This document shows, piece by piece, positions 1 through 12,000 of a DNA stretch of 64,000 nucleotides. The DNA is from Takakia lepidozioides (taxonomy: Eukaryota > Plantae > Bryophyta). Each line of letters begins with the position of its first letter. Positions within the stretch are counted from its first letter, which is position 1. The position numbers and the translations under genes are program-made. Under the pieces are notes generated by a model. That model saw nothing but the letters and a program-made list of their open reading frames with translations. It made no database searches and had not been told where the DNA came from. The stretch spans positions 21,142,001 to 21,206,000 of the forward strand of contig CM060732.1 in the NCBI GenBank assembly GCA_030704615.1, given 5' to 3'.

Positions 1-1054
1 GATTTGCTAGTTTGCAGGGGAGGGTCATGCTCCCAGTGTGGTGGGTGATGCACATCAATGCCCACCGCTCCACAAATATATTCAGGAACCCACCTTTTAT
101 CTATGACGCCCTCATGAAGCAGAATTGGGACACTGAAAGCAGGCTACATATGGGCGCCAACACAATCTGGGTGCATCCTAATCTAGAGGGAGACGGAGAG
201 AGTAGGTACTACTCTGCACATGTGTAGAGCTGTGTCTTTTCTATACAAAACTCATCTCACAAAGTCTATCTATGATGTCCTCGTGAACCAGGCTGGGGAC
301 TAAAAAGCACTGACACTATCTGCAGCTATCCTGTGTTAGAGGGTGATGGAGACAGGGAAAGAGACAGCAGAAGTGATGTTTGTACTCTGGACGTGTATAG
401 CAGTCTGTTGCTAACCAAATTTGAACTTCTGTCAGTTGCACAGTCTATCTACATTGATATCAGTTCTGACCTAATCATATGACCTGATCTTTGTGAATTG
501 AGAGCACCATATGCAAGAGGCTTTGTTCAGCTGGGCTTCATTTCTGTCTCCCTCTGTGTCTGTTCCATGGCAACTCATCACGTTTCTGTAGCACAAAATA
601 TAACCTCTCTAGGAGAGAAGAAACACACTGTACAAGCACAACACCCTCTACTTGTGTCCCCGGCCAGTGCATCATTCTGCATCCTTCATATCTTGCTTAT
701 TCAGGGGTGTCACTGTGATGTAGCGCCCCTCATCACAGATATGCCATGATTGCACTTTCAGTCTCCATATGGTGAGCTTGTGCTGGCCCACAGCAATCAC
801 ATTCCAAACAGCTATGGTCGAGAAGATTTAGGTTTCCCCTGTCCGTGACGAGAATTACAAGTGGTACAAATACGACCAAAAGGATTCGCACCACTTAATC
901 TCTGCTGCCAAGAACAACCAAATCACATGAAGGTGGGTGGGTGAGTGCCAAGATCGGCCTCCTTTCACGTAATGGTCGTACTCGGACGATAAACCCCACC
1001 AGCCCGAAGAGAGAGATTGTTTGCATTAATTGCGATGAAAGAATTCCTCGTGGA

Positions 1055-2089
1055 TCAAGCGGTGAAGTAGGCGATGCGAAAGAACCAGGGAACGATGAAA
1101 ACCACAATAAGGCATGCCAGCAGAGAATTTCGTACGAATTGTCGCTGCCAGCAGTACCCCAACTGCGCTACTGGGAAACTTCTCGCTCGTCTCTCCCCCT
1201 CGAAGGAAGCTACACCTCCTTCCGTGTGTGCTTGTGATTCAGAAGCCCTCTCCTGTTCCATCACAGGGAGATTTTCTACAATTGCACCGCATATTTCACA
1301 TACACGGTTGCCCCTAATTTTAAACCAAGCTTCTGCACAGTGGCGATGAGCAAGCGCCAACTCCTGCTTGCAAGCGCATCCCAGCTCCATAGAATCGTTG
1401 CCCTCCGCGCTCAGCCCAAGATGGCACACACGGCACACCTTGTCCCCATCATCATTGATTGGAACGTCGTTTACCCCCTTCCCTTGAGAAACTGTGCAGC
1501 CCATTTCCACATCACGATCGAAGCTTCCGAATGCAAACTCCTTGTAAGATTTATCCTCCATCTCACGATTGGAACCCTCCCCCTCACTCCCGGCATCCAC
1601 AGATCTGTCCGTGCCCAAATAATAACTCTTCGCCAGTTGGAAGGCCTCCCTTCCGCTACCATCGTGAGGCTCAAAACTTCCTAGGTCGAATACAGAGCAA
1701 ACAGCACCAGTATCTCCAACTGCATGCCCCTCCCTGACATCGAGCACAGACCGTCCAGCTTCACTGCTCTTGGCCCTCTCATCCCCTCCAACTCTGCCAT
1801 CAGACGGGCTTCGGTCTTGCCCTACTGGAGAACGATCAGATTCACCCCGCAACTCGGCAAACGAACCCTCCCGAATCCTCTCACATCCCATTCCCCCGCT
1901 TCCTCCTCCCTCGCCATTTCCAACCTGCACAGCCCCGGCTGAGAATCCCGTCTCTACATCCGAGCCCAAGATGCTGCTGCCCCTCTCACTCGATTCCTGT
2001 CGACCAACAAAAGCACCACCATGATACGGTGCTCTCGGAGATGACTGAGGAGGGAAGCGGGGCGAATTTTCAGGCATGATTGGGAGCAT
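1055..2089 (-). CDS. RING-CH (RINGv, C4HC3) zinc-finger protein, MARCH-type membrane E3 ubiquitin ligase
   Basis: 344-aa ATG-started ORF containing CRVCHL...LGCACKQELALAHRHCAEAWFKIRGNRVCEIC, then a C-terminal hydrophobic segment (NSLLACLIVVFIVPWFF) as in plant RING-CH proteins; no intron needed. Confidence 0.9.
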   Translation of the reverse strand: MLPIMPENSPRFPPQSSPRAPYHGGAFVGRQESSERGSSILGSDVETGFSAGAVQVGNGEGGGSGGMGCERIREGSFAELRGESDRSPVGQDRSPSDGRVGGDERAKSSEAGRSVLDVREGHAVGDTGAVCSVFDLGSFEPHDGSGREAFQLAKSYYLGTDRSVDAGSEGEGSNREMEDKSYKEFAFGSFDRDVEMGCTVSQGKGVNDVPINDDGDKVCRVCHLGLSAEGNDSMELGCACKQELALAHRHCAEAWFKIRGNRVCEICGAIVENLPVMEQERASESQAHTEGGVASFEGERRARSFPVAQLGYCWQRQFVRNSLLACLIVVFIVPWFFRIAYFTA

Positions 2090-2534
2090 TCACGCGCCGA
2101 GCTGCACATAGCGCGCGACAGCCATGGATCTGCAGCCAGAGCTCCAAGCAGCCCGCCTGCGAGCGAGAGAGAAGAGAGAAAGAGACGAGGACCCACCAGC
2201 CCGCTTTTTACTTTTCACTCTCAAAAGCTGTTCCGTCTTTTTACTGTTTTGTTTTTTTTATAATTGTTTTTAAAAATAAAACAGGGGATAAAACAGAGGC
2301 ACCAGGCAGTGAAATGCTTGAGTTTCTTGTCTTTCAAAGAAAAAAGAAAAATAAATAATAATAACAGTCTGTGTTTGACACAGTCTCCTCCAACCGAAGC
2401 TTTTGAGGTGACCATCCACGTGGAAGCTCCGTCCAGAAGCCAACGTGTACCCACAGAGGGTCCGACGTGCACGGAGTCAATCGTCTTGCAAAACTAGTTC
2501 GTTCGCAGGAGTAGGGTAGCGATTGTAGTTATTC

Positions 2535-2607
2535 CGCGCCAGACAGGGGTCGAACCTGTGACTTTCTGCTTAGGAAACAGATGCTCTATCCACTGAGCTA
2601 CAGGCGC
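2535..2607 (-). tRNA. tRNA-Arg(CCT): tRNA-Arg (anticodon CCT)
   Basis: Reverse complement GCGCCTGTAGCTCAGTGGATAGAGCATCTGTTTCCTAAGCAGAAAGTCACAGGTTCGACCCCTGTCTGGCGCG (73 nt) folds into a cloverleaf with A/B boxes and anticodon loop TT-CCT-AA; a T4 run lies ~40 nt downstream. Confidence 0.95.
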
Positions 2608-2770
2608 TACGTGTACTTGGTTGCACGTCATAATGTTTACAACACAAGTGAAAAATAGCTAACTTCTGAGAGCAATGTGGCTTTGGTTGGAAATATATTT
2701 TACGCGAAACACATAAAATAGCTAGTGCTGGCTTGAAAAAAACATAACCATGCCAATAATTTGACACATG

Positions 2771-2973
2771 GACAACCAAGTTGTAGCCCAGTGGTCATGG
2801 GCACATACCACATGGGCACATACCACCTCGGAAGTGGTTGTGGGTTCAATCCACCCTTGGTGTCACAGAGGTGTCCACCTTCCTAGAGGAAGGCAGTAAT
2901 CCTTCTGGGTGAGAGACACCATAATTTACGCTTCCTTGGGGAGGCGACAAATATTATAAATATTAACATTATT
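2771..2973 (+). mobile_element. tRNA-derived SINE
   Basis: A-box-like TAGCCCAGTGG, B-box-like GGTTCAATCC and an AT-rich tail; flanked by a perfect 12-bp direct repeat ATTTGACACATG (2759-2770, 2974-2985). Confidence 0.75.
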
Positions 2974-3598
2974 ATTTGACACATGTTTCAATCGAGTGAG
3001 ATGAATGTGGATGACATAGGATCGACAGTTCATGGATGGAGAACAGAGTGTGAAGCGAACACTAAATAGATTGTTAGAATAACTACCGCACCGCCTTGTG
3101 TTGCATACTTTCTAGTACCTGTCCACACTCTCTTACTTACCTCTTCAAATCCACTATTCGCACTCACCGTGTCTCTTCAAATCTAGAAATCCATTCAAAT
3201 CTAGAAATCCACAGGAAAATATATAAATCATCGGATGGCCTATACAACCCATCCATAGGTCCATATTCTTTTGGGGGTCTAAATTTATTGAAATTCACTC
3301 TAAACGTTCGTTTACTAGTGCGTCGTTTGAATTGCAAATATTTAAATTCCAAGAGTCAATAAGGATATGAAAGGCCCAAATTCTCAAGATTCATAAGGTA
3401 GGTGGTTACACTCATCTCTCTCTCTTCTCGATTCTCATGTAGAAGCAAATGTGAGTTGTCTTTTTGATGTAGTAGCCGGTAAACACGGCCTCTCGACGAT
3501 CCAAGACTAGGGAGGCGAGGATCGGCAGTGCTGCTGAAATCGCTGCAGTCAATTCCCCAAAGTTCACAAAAGAGGTCTCTGTACATACGTCTCCAACA

Positions 3599-5599
3599 GT
3601 GAGCCCATTGTCCAGAAATCCCCCTGAAAAATCCGCCCATGTTGTTGAAGGATCCCCTGTGGCCCGTGCAGAAGTTGCTAAAGAGCCTGCATCTCCTGCG
3701 AATCATATAATAGTCACAAGTACATCAGCTCCAACACCTCCGCCACCAACAGAATACTTCAACCTTGCACATAGATCCAGCACCCAAGCCTTGTCAGGTG
3801 ATCCAGAGCCTTCACCGGAAGCTGAGTACTATAGACAAAGTAGCAGACCAGCGCCTACCACGAGCCAAGGTGGTCCTATGACGGGTGGAGCCACTACTAT
3901 CGAATCTTCCTCCTGTCTAGGCCGACACATTGCACGACGATTGGTTGAAGTGGGGGTGACTGATATATTTTCTGTGCCAGGAGACTTCAATCTAATCTTG
4001 TTGGACCATTTGATTGCTGAACCTGATCTCAATAATGTCGGTTGTTGCAACGAGATCAATGCAGGCTACGCCGCAGATGGATATGCCCGTTCTCGTGGTG
4101 TGGGGGCATGTGCTGTCACTTTCACAGTTGGGGGCCTTAGTGTAATCAATGCCATTGCTGGAGCTTACAGCGAGAATTTGCCGGTCATCTGCCTTGTAGG
4201 GGGCCCAAATTCGAATGATTTTGGCACAAACCGTATTTTGCACCACACCATTGGTATCGCTGACTTTAGCCAAGAGTTTCGATGCTTCCAACAAGTAACA
4301 TGTTTTCAGGCGGTGATTATGTGCTTGGATGATGCGCACGAGCTAATTGACCGTGCCATCTCCACAGCCCTCAGAGAGAGCAAACCTGTGTATATCAGCG
4401 TGAGCTGCAACCTTGCTGGCATCCTGCATCCTTCCTTCAACCGTGACCCTGTTCCTTACGCTCTGACAAAAAGGGTAAGTAACCAACTCAGCTTGGAAGC
4501 AGCAATTGAAGCAACAGTCAAGTTTCTAGATAATGCAGTGAAGCCAGTTTTGATTGGAGGACCCAAATTACGGGTAGCGAAAGCTGGGAAGGCATTTGTA
4601 GAGTTGGCAGAGGCATCTGGGTATGCAGTGGCCACCATGCCATCAGCCAAGGGGCAAGTCCCAGAGACACTTCCTTGTTTTATAGGTACCTATTGGGGCG
4701 CCGTAAGCTCTCCTTTTTGCCTCGAGATAGTAGAGTCAGCCGACGCATACATTTTTGCGGGGCCTATTTTCAATGACTACAGCTCAGTGGGGTACTCACT
4801 ACTGCTCAAGAAGGGAAATATGATCGTGCTACAGCCTGACCGGGTCACCGTCTCGGGCGCTTCCGAGTTTGGGTGTGTTCTCATGAAAGACTTCATGGAA
4901 GCACTGGCCAAAAGAGTGAAGAAGAATACAAGCTCTTATGACAACTATAAGCGCATTTTCATTCCGGGTGGCGAGGTCCCCAAATCTGAATCAGGAGAAG
5001 CATTGCGTGTCAATATCCTGTTCAAGCACATCCAGGACATGCTTTCCCATGACACGGCAGTGCTAGCAGAGACAGGAGACTCGTGGTTCAACTGTCAAAA
5101 ACTGAAACTCCCTGAGGGTTGTGGGTATGAGTTTCAGATGCAATATGGCTCGATTGGATGGTCTGTGGGGGCATTGTTGGGCTACGCACAAGCAGCCACA
5201 GACAAACGCGTAATTGCTTGCATTGGTGATGGCAGTTTTCAAGTGACGACACAAGATGTCTCCACCATGATCCGGTACGGCCAGAAGAGCATAATCTTCC
5301 TCATCAACAATGGGGGGTACACAATTGAGGTCGAGATTCACGACGGGCCCTACAATGTCATCAAGAATTGGAGCTATACAGGAGTTGTAGAAGCTTACCA
5401 CAACGGTGAGGGAGCCCTCTGGACTACCAAGGTCAACAATGAGACTGAACTAGTGGCTGCCATCAAAACTGCACAAGACAAGAATGATTGCTTGTGTTTC
5501 ATAGAAGTGATATGCCACAAGGATGATACTAGCAGGGAGTTGTTGGAATGGGGGTCTCGTGTGTCAGCTGCAAACGGCAGGGGTCCCGGCCTTGGGTAG
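3599..5599 (+). CDS. PDC: Pyruvate decarboxylase (ThDP-dependent); core uninterrupted; start uncertain (first in-frame ATG at 3878)
   Basis: Motifs [49 protein letters not shown], ThDP motif IGDGSFQ...NNGGYTIE and C-terminal [14 protein letters not shown] are typical of plant PDCs. Confidence 0.95.
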   Translation: MSPLSRNPPEKSAHVVEGSPVARAEVAKEPASPANHIIVTSTSAPTPPPPTEYFNLAHRSSTQALSGDPEPSPEAEYYRQSSRPAPTTSQGGPMTGGATTIESSSCLGRHIARRLVEVGVTDIFSVPGDFNLILLDHLIAEPDLNNVGCCNEINAGYAADGYARSRGVGACAVTFTVGGLSVINAIAGAYSENLPVICLVGGPNSNDFGTNRILHHTIGIADFSQEFRCFQQVTCFQAVIMCLDDAHELIDRAISTALRESKPVYISVSCNLAGILHPSFNRDPVPYALTKRVSNQLSLEAAIEATVKFLDNAVKPVLIGGPKLRVAKAGKAFVELAEASGYAVATMPSAKGQVPETLPCFIGTYWGAVSSPFCLEIVESADAYIFAGPIFNDYSSVGYSLLLKKGNMIVLQPDRVTVSGASEFGCVLMKDFMEALAKRVKKNTSSYDNYKRIFIPGGEVPKSESGEALRVNILFKHIQDMLSHDTAVLAETGDSWFNCQKLKLPEGCGYEFQMQYGSIGWSVGALLGYAQAATDKRVIACIGDGSFQVTTQDVSTMIRYGQKSIIFLINNGGYTIEVEIHDGPYNVIKNWSYTGVVEAYHNGEGALWTTKVNNETELVAAIKTAQDKNDCLCFIEVICHKDDTSRELLEWGSRVSAANGRGPGLG

Positions 5600-7014
5600 A
5601 TGCAATATGCCTCACATGTGACATGAACACTTTCCAGAGCAGAACATCACAACCTTGTGCTGAATCCTTCCCCGACGTTTTTTCCCTCCCCCTCCCCCCT
5701 CTGGAAGCACACCAGTGCAGGATACTAAGGAATGTCATCCTTTGGTTTGCAAAAATATTGGGCTTGGTGCGCTACTTTTATTTTATTCATATGTGGTGTT
5801 TATTGTGGTCTACCTATTAATTAGGTGGTAGTCACTAAGAGCAACTTACACTTCAAATTTTTTGTCACTTGGAGTCCAGGCTACCATGGGGTATTGAATT
5901 GTGGATAGGATCAGTCTTTTTTAGAGGGACCAAGAATGTAATGTATCCACTGCAATTATCCCATAATGTTTGCCCACATGCAGCGCCCCAAATTGTATTT
6001 ATAAGTTGTCTGCTCTGCTCCTAGACACCTGTGCTAGTTATGGCATCAATGCTGCCAAAGCCATCTGCGACACGAGGAAACAAAAACTGAAGTAAATATA
6101 GAGTGAACGATCGAATGAACGAGAAGTCGGTCCGTCTCACGTTCGTCTATCAACAGCACCTCGTGGTGGTTCCTTCGTCTCCCCGCCCTCCGTCTGCCTC
6201 GCGTTCGTCGATCGCTGAGACCGAGAGAGAGAGAAGCATATTGCAGTTGGGCTTCCAAGGACTGCAAGTTGGAGAGTGCCCATGAAACGGCCCAGCCTTC
6301 GTGGTAGCGGTGGTATGCCACCCGAAATGGTGCTTGTGGTTCTGATTCTCCAATGGGAGTTTGGAAAAACAAAACCTGCTTCGAGCAAGGCGATTACTTG
6401 CATCGATTTATGTTGTATTTCGGCACTTTGCCAGATGCGTTGTCTTAGGACCGGCGGTGTTAAAGGTTTTGGGGTTCTTGTGTGTGTTACGCTCACTTTT
6501 CTCTGTCCTTACGGTTTTGAATCTTCACTTGAGGTGCGTGAGAGGTACACATGTGTATGATATTTTCTGTCTCTCGATGCTGATATTACATGCGTGGAAG
6601 AATTGTGTACTGATAGTGGATCTCTCAACACGGGCCTCCTGAAATCTGCTGTGCAGGGATGGCAGAAAGGGTATTGACAGCTGCGTAATGATCCCTTGAC
6701 TGGGACACGCTGCCTTATGGTCTTCCTATCTGACAGACTCTTACTCAACTCTGGCTTCTTCTTGGTGCCGATTTCTGGGTATACTTGATGTGGTGATTGA
6801 TTTGATGGTAAAAAGGATTGCATCGAGATTGGTCTCAAATAGCCTTAAGCCCGTTGCTGGGCAGTGGAGATCATTAGAGGAGGGCTACCTGTATGGCGAG
6901 GATGATGACCAAGCTGGGAACCTGGGGGCCGAGCGAATTGAGTGGTCACATTTGCCCGTGGTTACCTGCAGCAGTGAAGTTGCCATCACAGCCTCATTTC
7001 CAGAAAGCCACTAT

Positions 7015-7090
7015 AGAGGCAAGGAGAAGCTTTGGAACGAATATTTTTCAAACTCCAGTCGTTGGTGGGACAGTCAAGGCAATAAGGTGA
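7015..7090 (+). pseudogene. OSB/PDF-like motif remnant (KEKLWNEYFSNSSRWWDSQGNK)
   Basis: Resembles LWxxFFxNPxxWWDNRxxK of OSB-type PDF motifs; paralogous copies at ~26220-26290 and ~27815-27890 (minus strand). Confidence 0.45.
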
Positions 7091-7529
7091 ATGCCTGTTA
7101 TGTTACAAGCAGACAACCAGATGAAATGAAGACTTTCTAACAGCATAATGGTAGCACCTCTCTCCTCTCTCTCTCTTTTTGCTGTCCATTTCTCTGCAAC
7201 ATTGGCTGGCAGTGCCTACACATTCACACATGTCACATCTGCTGCACTCTAGAGGGCTAGAGGAGCAGTGCTGGTGACTCAAATTCCTTCTCTATAGCGC
7301 CCTGATTATAGCTCCCATGCTCTCTTCTTTGGCCCATGGGCCCCTAAGGACATTTCGAAGCGTCTCTTGTCTCTCATAGTTGAGGAGTGTTTTGTTTGGG
7401 CTGGTTGTTGGGGCCCAGGTGTTCTGTTCTTTTTGGTTGCATTGTCTTTCTGAGCTTTCCATGGACGTTGTAAAGTTCCATGCTTTCTTTCTCTTTCTCT
7501 TTCTTTCTTTCTCTCTCTCGCAAGGACCC

Positions 7530-8890
7530 TAAATGAAGTTAGGCATAAAACTTCCCTGAACTTGTTTCCAGTCTATGACATGGGCAAGGACCTTAAGGAT
7601 GATCTGAAGGGCCTACCTACCCGTGGCACTTGACTGATATTTAAATTCAGGGCGGGGAGCCCACCTTTGAACAATAAACAGATGCAGAGAGGAAAAATGA
7701 GATTGTAATTGCCGCAGTGTGGGCAACCTGAAGACAAAATCGATTTTCTGATACATTGTCGGGGGTATTCTCACCAGAGAGTGACCCTCTTCAGGAACGT
7801 CAAGAATGTGGTTCCTGCTCCTCTGTTCACCAACTTTCAAAATCTCGAGGCTGAGCCTAAATCCCTGGCCCTGTTGGGGTTTAACTTTTGGGCTGCTCAC
7901 GGACGGCAAAATGATGCTTGTGTGAAGGGCTTTCCAGAGGATATCTGGAAAGACCGAACTAATTGTTTATATCAAGGTAAGTTACACTACTGAGTGAGCA
8001 GCTCACAAAGGTAGTCCTATTCTGTATGTTTCCGTCCAAACTGGTCGCGGGGTCTATGGCCACAAGGCTACGGCAAACAAAGTCTTATGAGTATATTTTC
8101 CTCTCTCGCCAGGGTAGAAGAGATTTTTTAAGTACTTGAATATAGCCCAGAAGGATAGACCCTGCTAGATGAAGCTGACTTGGAGACTCAAGTGTGTAAA
8201 AGCTGTGTCGGAATGCTCGGAGGCTGGCCGATGAAAATGAAGTTAGGCATAAAACTTCCCTGAACTTATTTCTAGTCTGCGACATGGGCAAGGACCTCAC
8301 GGATGACCTGAAGGACCTACCTCCCTCAGCACTAGGCTGATATTTAAACTCACAGTGGGGAGTCTACCTTTGAACAATAAACAGATGCAGAGAGGAAAGG
8401 GAGATTGTAATTGCCCGATGGGTGGGCAGCCTGAAGACGATATCCATTTCCTGATACATTGTCCGGGGTAATTCTCACCAGAGGGTGACCCTCTTCAGGT
8501 CCATCAGGAAATTGTTCCTGAACTTCTGTTCACCAATTTTAGAATCTCGAGGCTGAGCCTAAAGCCCTGGGCCTGTTGGGGTCTAATTGCGGGGCACTTC
8601 ACACACTGCTTGTGTGAAGAGCTTTCTAGTGAATATCTGGACAGCCCGAACTAATTGTTTATATCAAGGTAAGTCCCACAACCAGAGTGAGCCCCTCACA
8701 AAGGTAGTGTCTGTTCCCTCTTGTTCTGCCCCACACTGGGTGCGAGGTGTTGGAGGCTACCGCAAACAACGTATTATGAGTGCATTCTCTCTTTCTGTTC
8801 CATTAGGGGTTGTCATTGTCAGCTACTTGCAATTAGGAAAGGAGGCTACCGCAAACGTCTCATGAGTATATTCTCTCTCTCTCTCTGCTT
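7530..8890 (+). mobile_element. Two tandem 3'-terminal fragments of a LINE (ORF2 C-terminal Zn finger and 3' UTR ending in (TC)n)
   Basis: Two similar ~600-bp copies (from ~7530 and ~8235) encoding degenerate CPQCGQPEDKIDFLIHC; the same sequence occurs inverted at ~43865-44420 next to a LINE endonuclease ORF. Confidence 0.65.
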
Positions 8891-9540
8891 TTGCTCTGTA
8901 CATTAGGGGTCGTCATTGTCAGCTACTTGCAGTTAGGAAAGGAATCTACTCAATTTTTGTTGTGGAGGCTGTAATGGCTGAAGGAAGAGTGGATGGACTG
9001 CTGGTGCAGATCAATACTAGAGGAGATTCCGGGCACAGGGCCACCAACATCATACTGGCCATTGATAGCATCAAGAAGCCTACGCTTGTTGATGGGCAAT
9101 TGGAGAGGCTGGAAGCAGCCAGGCCGAAGTCTGTGCCAAGTCCCAGTGGAGGAGGATCGTCGAGGCACTTCTGGTATCATCGTCCCTCCTCTTTCATAGA
9201 TCCTGACCTCACATATTTGTGATTCTTTTTCTGTTAGTGGCATGGGATGTCACTTTCATTATAAAGGTCGGAGGTAGACAGTAACCTACCAATTGCATAT
9301 CCAAGGACCAGAGCCTTATCTGTTTGACACTAGACGACAATTACTTTCTTTCATGAATGCAGCAGACATTGTGTATTTGTATGAGGAGTTTTCTGAATGT
9401 GAAGGCACTACGGTTGTTAGAAGTGTTTATGTCATAAAGAATCTTTGACAATGTCATAAAGAATCTTTGACAATGCATAGCTTCGCCACATGGAGCAGAA
9501 AAAAAAAAGATTTTTCTTTCCCCTACCAACCCAATTCAGG

Positions 9541-9698
9541 ATTTTGAGCGTGGTGGCCTCGCTCCCTAAGACGCCAATTTGGTTGGCAATACATATGAAC
9601 TCGGAATCCCAGGACACTGATTTTGAGCGTGGTGGCCTCGCTCCCTAAGACACCAATTTGGCTGGCAATACGTGTGAACTCGGAATCCCAGAACACTG
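9541..9698. repeat. Tandem duplication, 2 x ~79 bp
   Basis: ATTTTGAGCGTGGTGGCCTCGCTCCCTAAGAC...CACTG occurs at 9541 and 9620. Confidence 0.85.
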
Positions 9699-10114
9699 TC
9701 ATGGGGATGGTTGGCCCCGAGGTGAATTATGGATACAAACGTTTGTTTCATGGTAACTTCCGTAAGGGAATGGGCTGTGATAGCCATATAGCAAACCATG
9801 CAAGACCCTATTGAAACCGCGTAAGCAGATACCTTTGCGTGGTAGTTAATCCATGAAAGGTGAGTAATGGCATTGCAGCTGGTGTCTGAATTGGTATATG
9901 TGTCACAATCATGCACCTCAATCCTTATGGGAAAGTGGGGTAACCAGCACAAAACCCCTTTCAAGATATATCAAGAAGCCTGTGCTCTCCTCTTTGAAGT
10001 ATGTAGGAGCTTTAAGAAGTGTTTTGTAACATAGAGTTTGTAAGTAAGAGTTTTGAGGCACGCAGGGTGGCAGGGTTGAATCAGGCTCAGTTGTTTGAAT
10101 CAAGCGCCTCCACC

Positions 10115-12000
10115 ATGACTATTCCTTTGAAAAGACGGCCTAGAGGGGTAGTCAAGAAGAACTCTTCTGGCACTTGTGCGGTTGTGCGGGCACTATGTAA
10201 GGCTGGACAACTAAAAGAGGCGCTGCATATTTTGAACCAAGGAGGCATTTTGGCAGACTCCGACACATGTGTGTGTCTCTTGCAGGAGTGCATCAAGATG
10301 AAAGGTCTAGAAGAGGGAAAGCAGGTGCACGCCTACATTATCCGAAATGGATTCAAGCAGAACATCTTCCTACTAACCACCCTTGTCAACATGTATGCCA
10401 AGTGCGGAAGGTTGCTGGATGCACGCCTCGTCTTCGACAAAATGCCTGACCGAGATGTATTTACGTGGACTATGATGATGGCCGGATATGCCAACCATGG
10501 GTATGGTAAAGAGGCCTTTGATATCTATCAGCAAATGCTAGGGGAAGGGGTGACACCCAACAGGGTCACATTCCTTTGTGTTCTCAAGGCTTGTGCTTGC
10601 CTGGCTGTCCTGGAAAAGGGCAAAGAGGTCCATGCTGACATCATTAAAGCTGGAATTGTACAAGATACAATTCTGAAGAATACCATTGTTGACATGTATG
10701 CCAAATGCGGGAGCATGAAGGATGCGCATGAAGTGTTTGGCAGTATGACTCAACGAAGTGTTGTCTCATGGAGTGCAATGATTGCAGGATATGCTCAGCA
10801 TGGATGTGGCAAGGAGGGTTTGGAGGCCTATGAGGAAATGATACGAGAAGGGGTGATGCCTAACCAGGTCACATTCGTTGGCGTTCTGAATGCGTGTGCC
10901 AGCCTGGCAGCGCTGAAGATGGGCAAAGAGGTCCATGTTGACATCGTCAAAGCCAGAATTGAACCAAATATCATTCTGGAGAATAGTCTTATTGGCATGT
11001 ATGCCAAATGTGGGAGTGGAAAGGATGCACGTCGTGTGTTTGACAATATGGCTAAGCGGGATGTGGTCTCATGGAGCACTATGATTGCAGGATATGCTCA
11101 ATACGGCTGTGGTAGGGAGGCGCTGCAACTATTTGAGCAGATGCAACAGGAAGGCTCAAGGCCAGACCATATCACCTTTACATGTGTTCTCTCTGCCTGT
11201 AGTCATGTGGGCTTAGTGGAGGAAGGTCGTCACTACTTTGATTCCATGAGTCAAAATCATGGCCTCGCTCCTACAGTGGAGCATTTTGGCTGCATGGTGG
11301 ACCTTCTTGGCCGTGCAGGTCGAGTGGAGGAGGCAGAGGACTTCATTAACAAAATGCCAATTGAACCAGCTGCCGCAGTGTGGCAGACCTTGCTTGGTGC
11401 TTGCAGAATTCATGGCAATGTGGAGGTGGCAGAAAGTGCAGCAAAATGCCTTCTTAAATGGGATCCACAGGATGCTGCTATTTATGTGTTACTATCAAAC
11501 ATCTATGCCACGGCTGGCAGGTGGGACGATACTACCAAGGTGAGAAAAATGATGAGGGACAGAGGTCTCAAAGGAGCCAGGTCACTGCTGTATTGAGGTG
11601 GACAACCAGGTGCATACATTTGTTGTGGATGACAAATTGCATCCACAAATTACGGAAATCATGCTGAGCTGAAGAGATTATCTGGCAGATGAAGGAGGCT
11701 GGGTATGTGCCTGACACGCGCTTTGCATTGCATGATGTTGAGGAAGAGCTTAAAGAATTCTCTTGCCACCACAGTGAGCAGCTGGCCATTGCTTTTGGGC
11801 TTATCAGCACACCTGCTGGGATGCCTCTGCGGATCATCAAGAACCTTCGGGTGTGTGGTGACTGCCACACAGCCACCAAATTCATCTCGAAGATTGCTAA
11901 GCGAGAGATTGTTGTACGGGATGCCAACCGCTTTCACCACCTCCAAAATGGTGTTTGTTCTTGTGGGGAGTACTGGAGAAATGAAATGCTTGTCACCTAA
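10115..12000 (+). pseudogene. PLS-class PPR protein with E and DYW deaminase domains (organellar C-to-U editing factor); frameshifted in the E/PG region
   Basis: PLS triplets (MYAKCG, DVVSW, PNxVTF) and E domain in ORF to 11596. PG box PGHCCIEV lies in another frame. DYW domain HSEQLA...CGDCH...RFHH...CSCGEYW is in ORF 11689-12000. About three small deletions between 11570 and 11690 break the frame. Confidence 0.85.

Noticed and set aside
12-900. Short ORFs at the window start
   Set aside because: No recognisable motifs; likely 3' flank or degraded repeat
11689-12000. U-to-C (DYW:KP-type) editing domain
   Set aside because: PG box, HSE motif and EYW ending fit the ordinary C-to-U type
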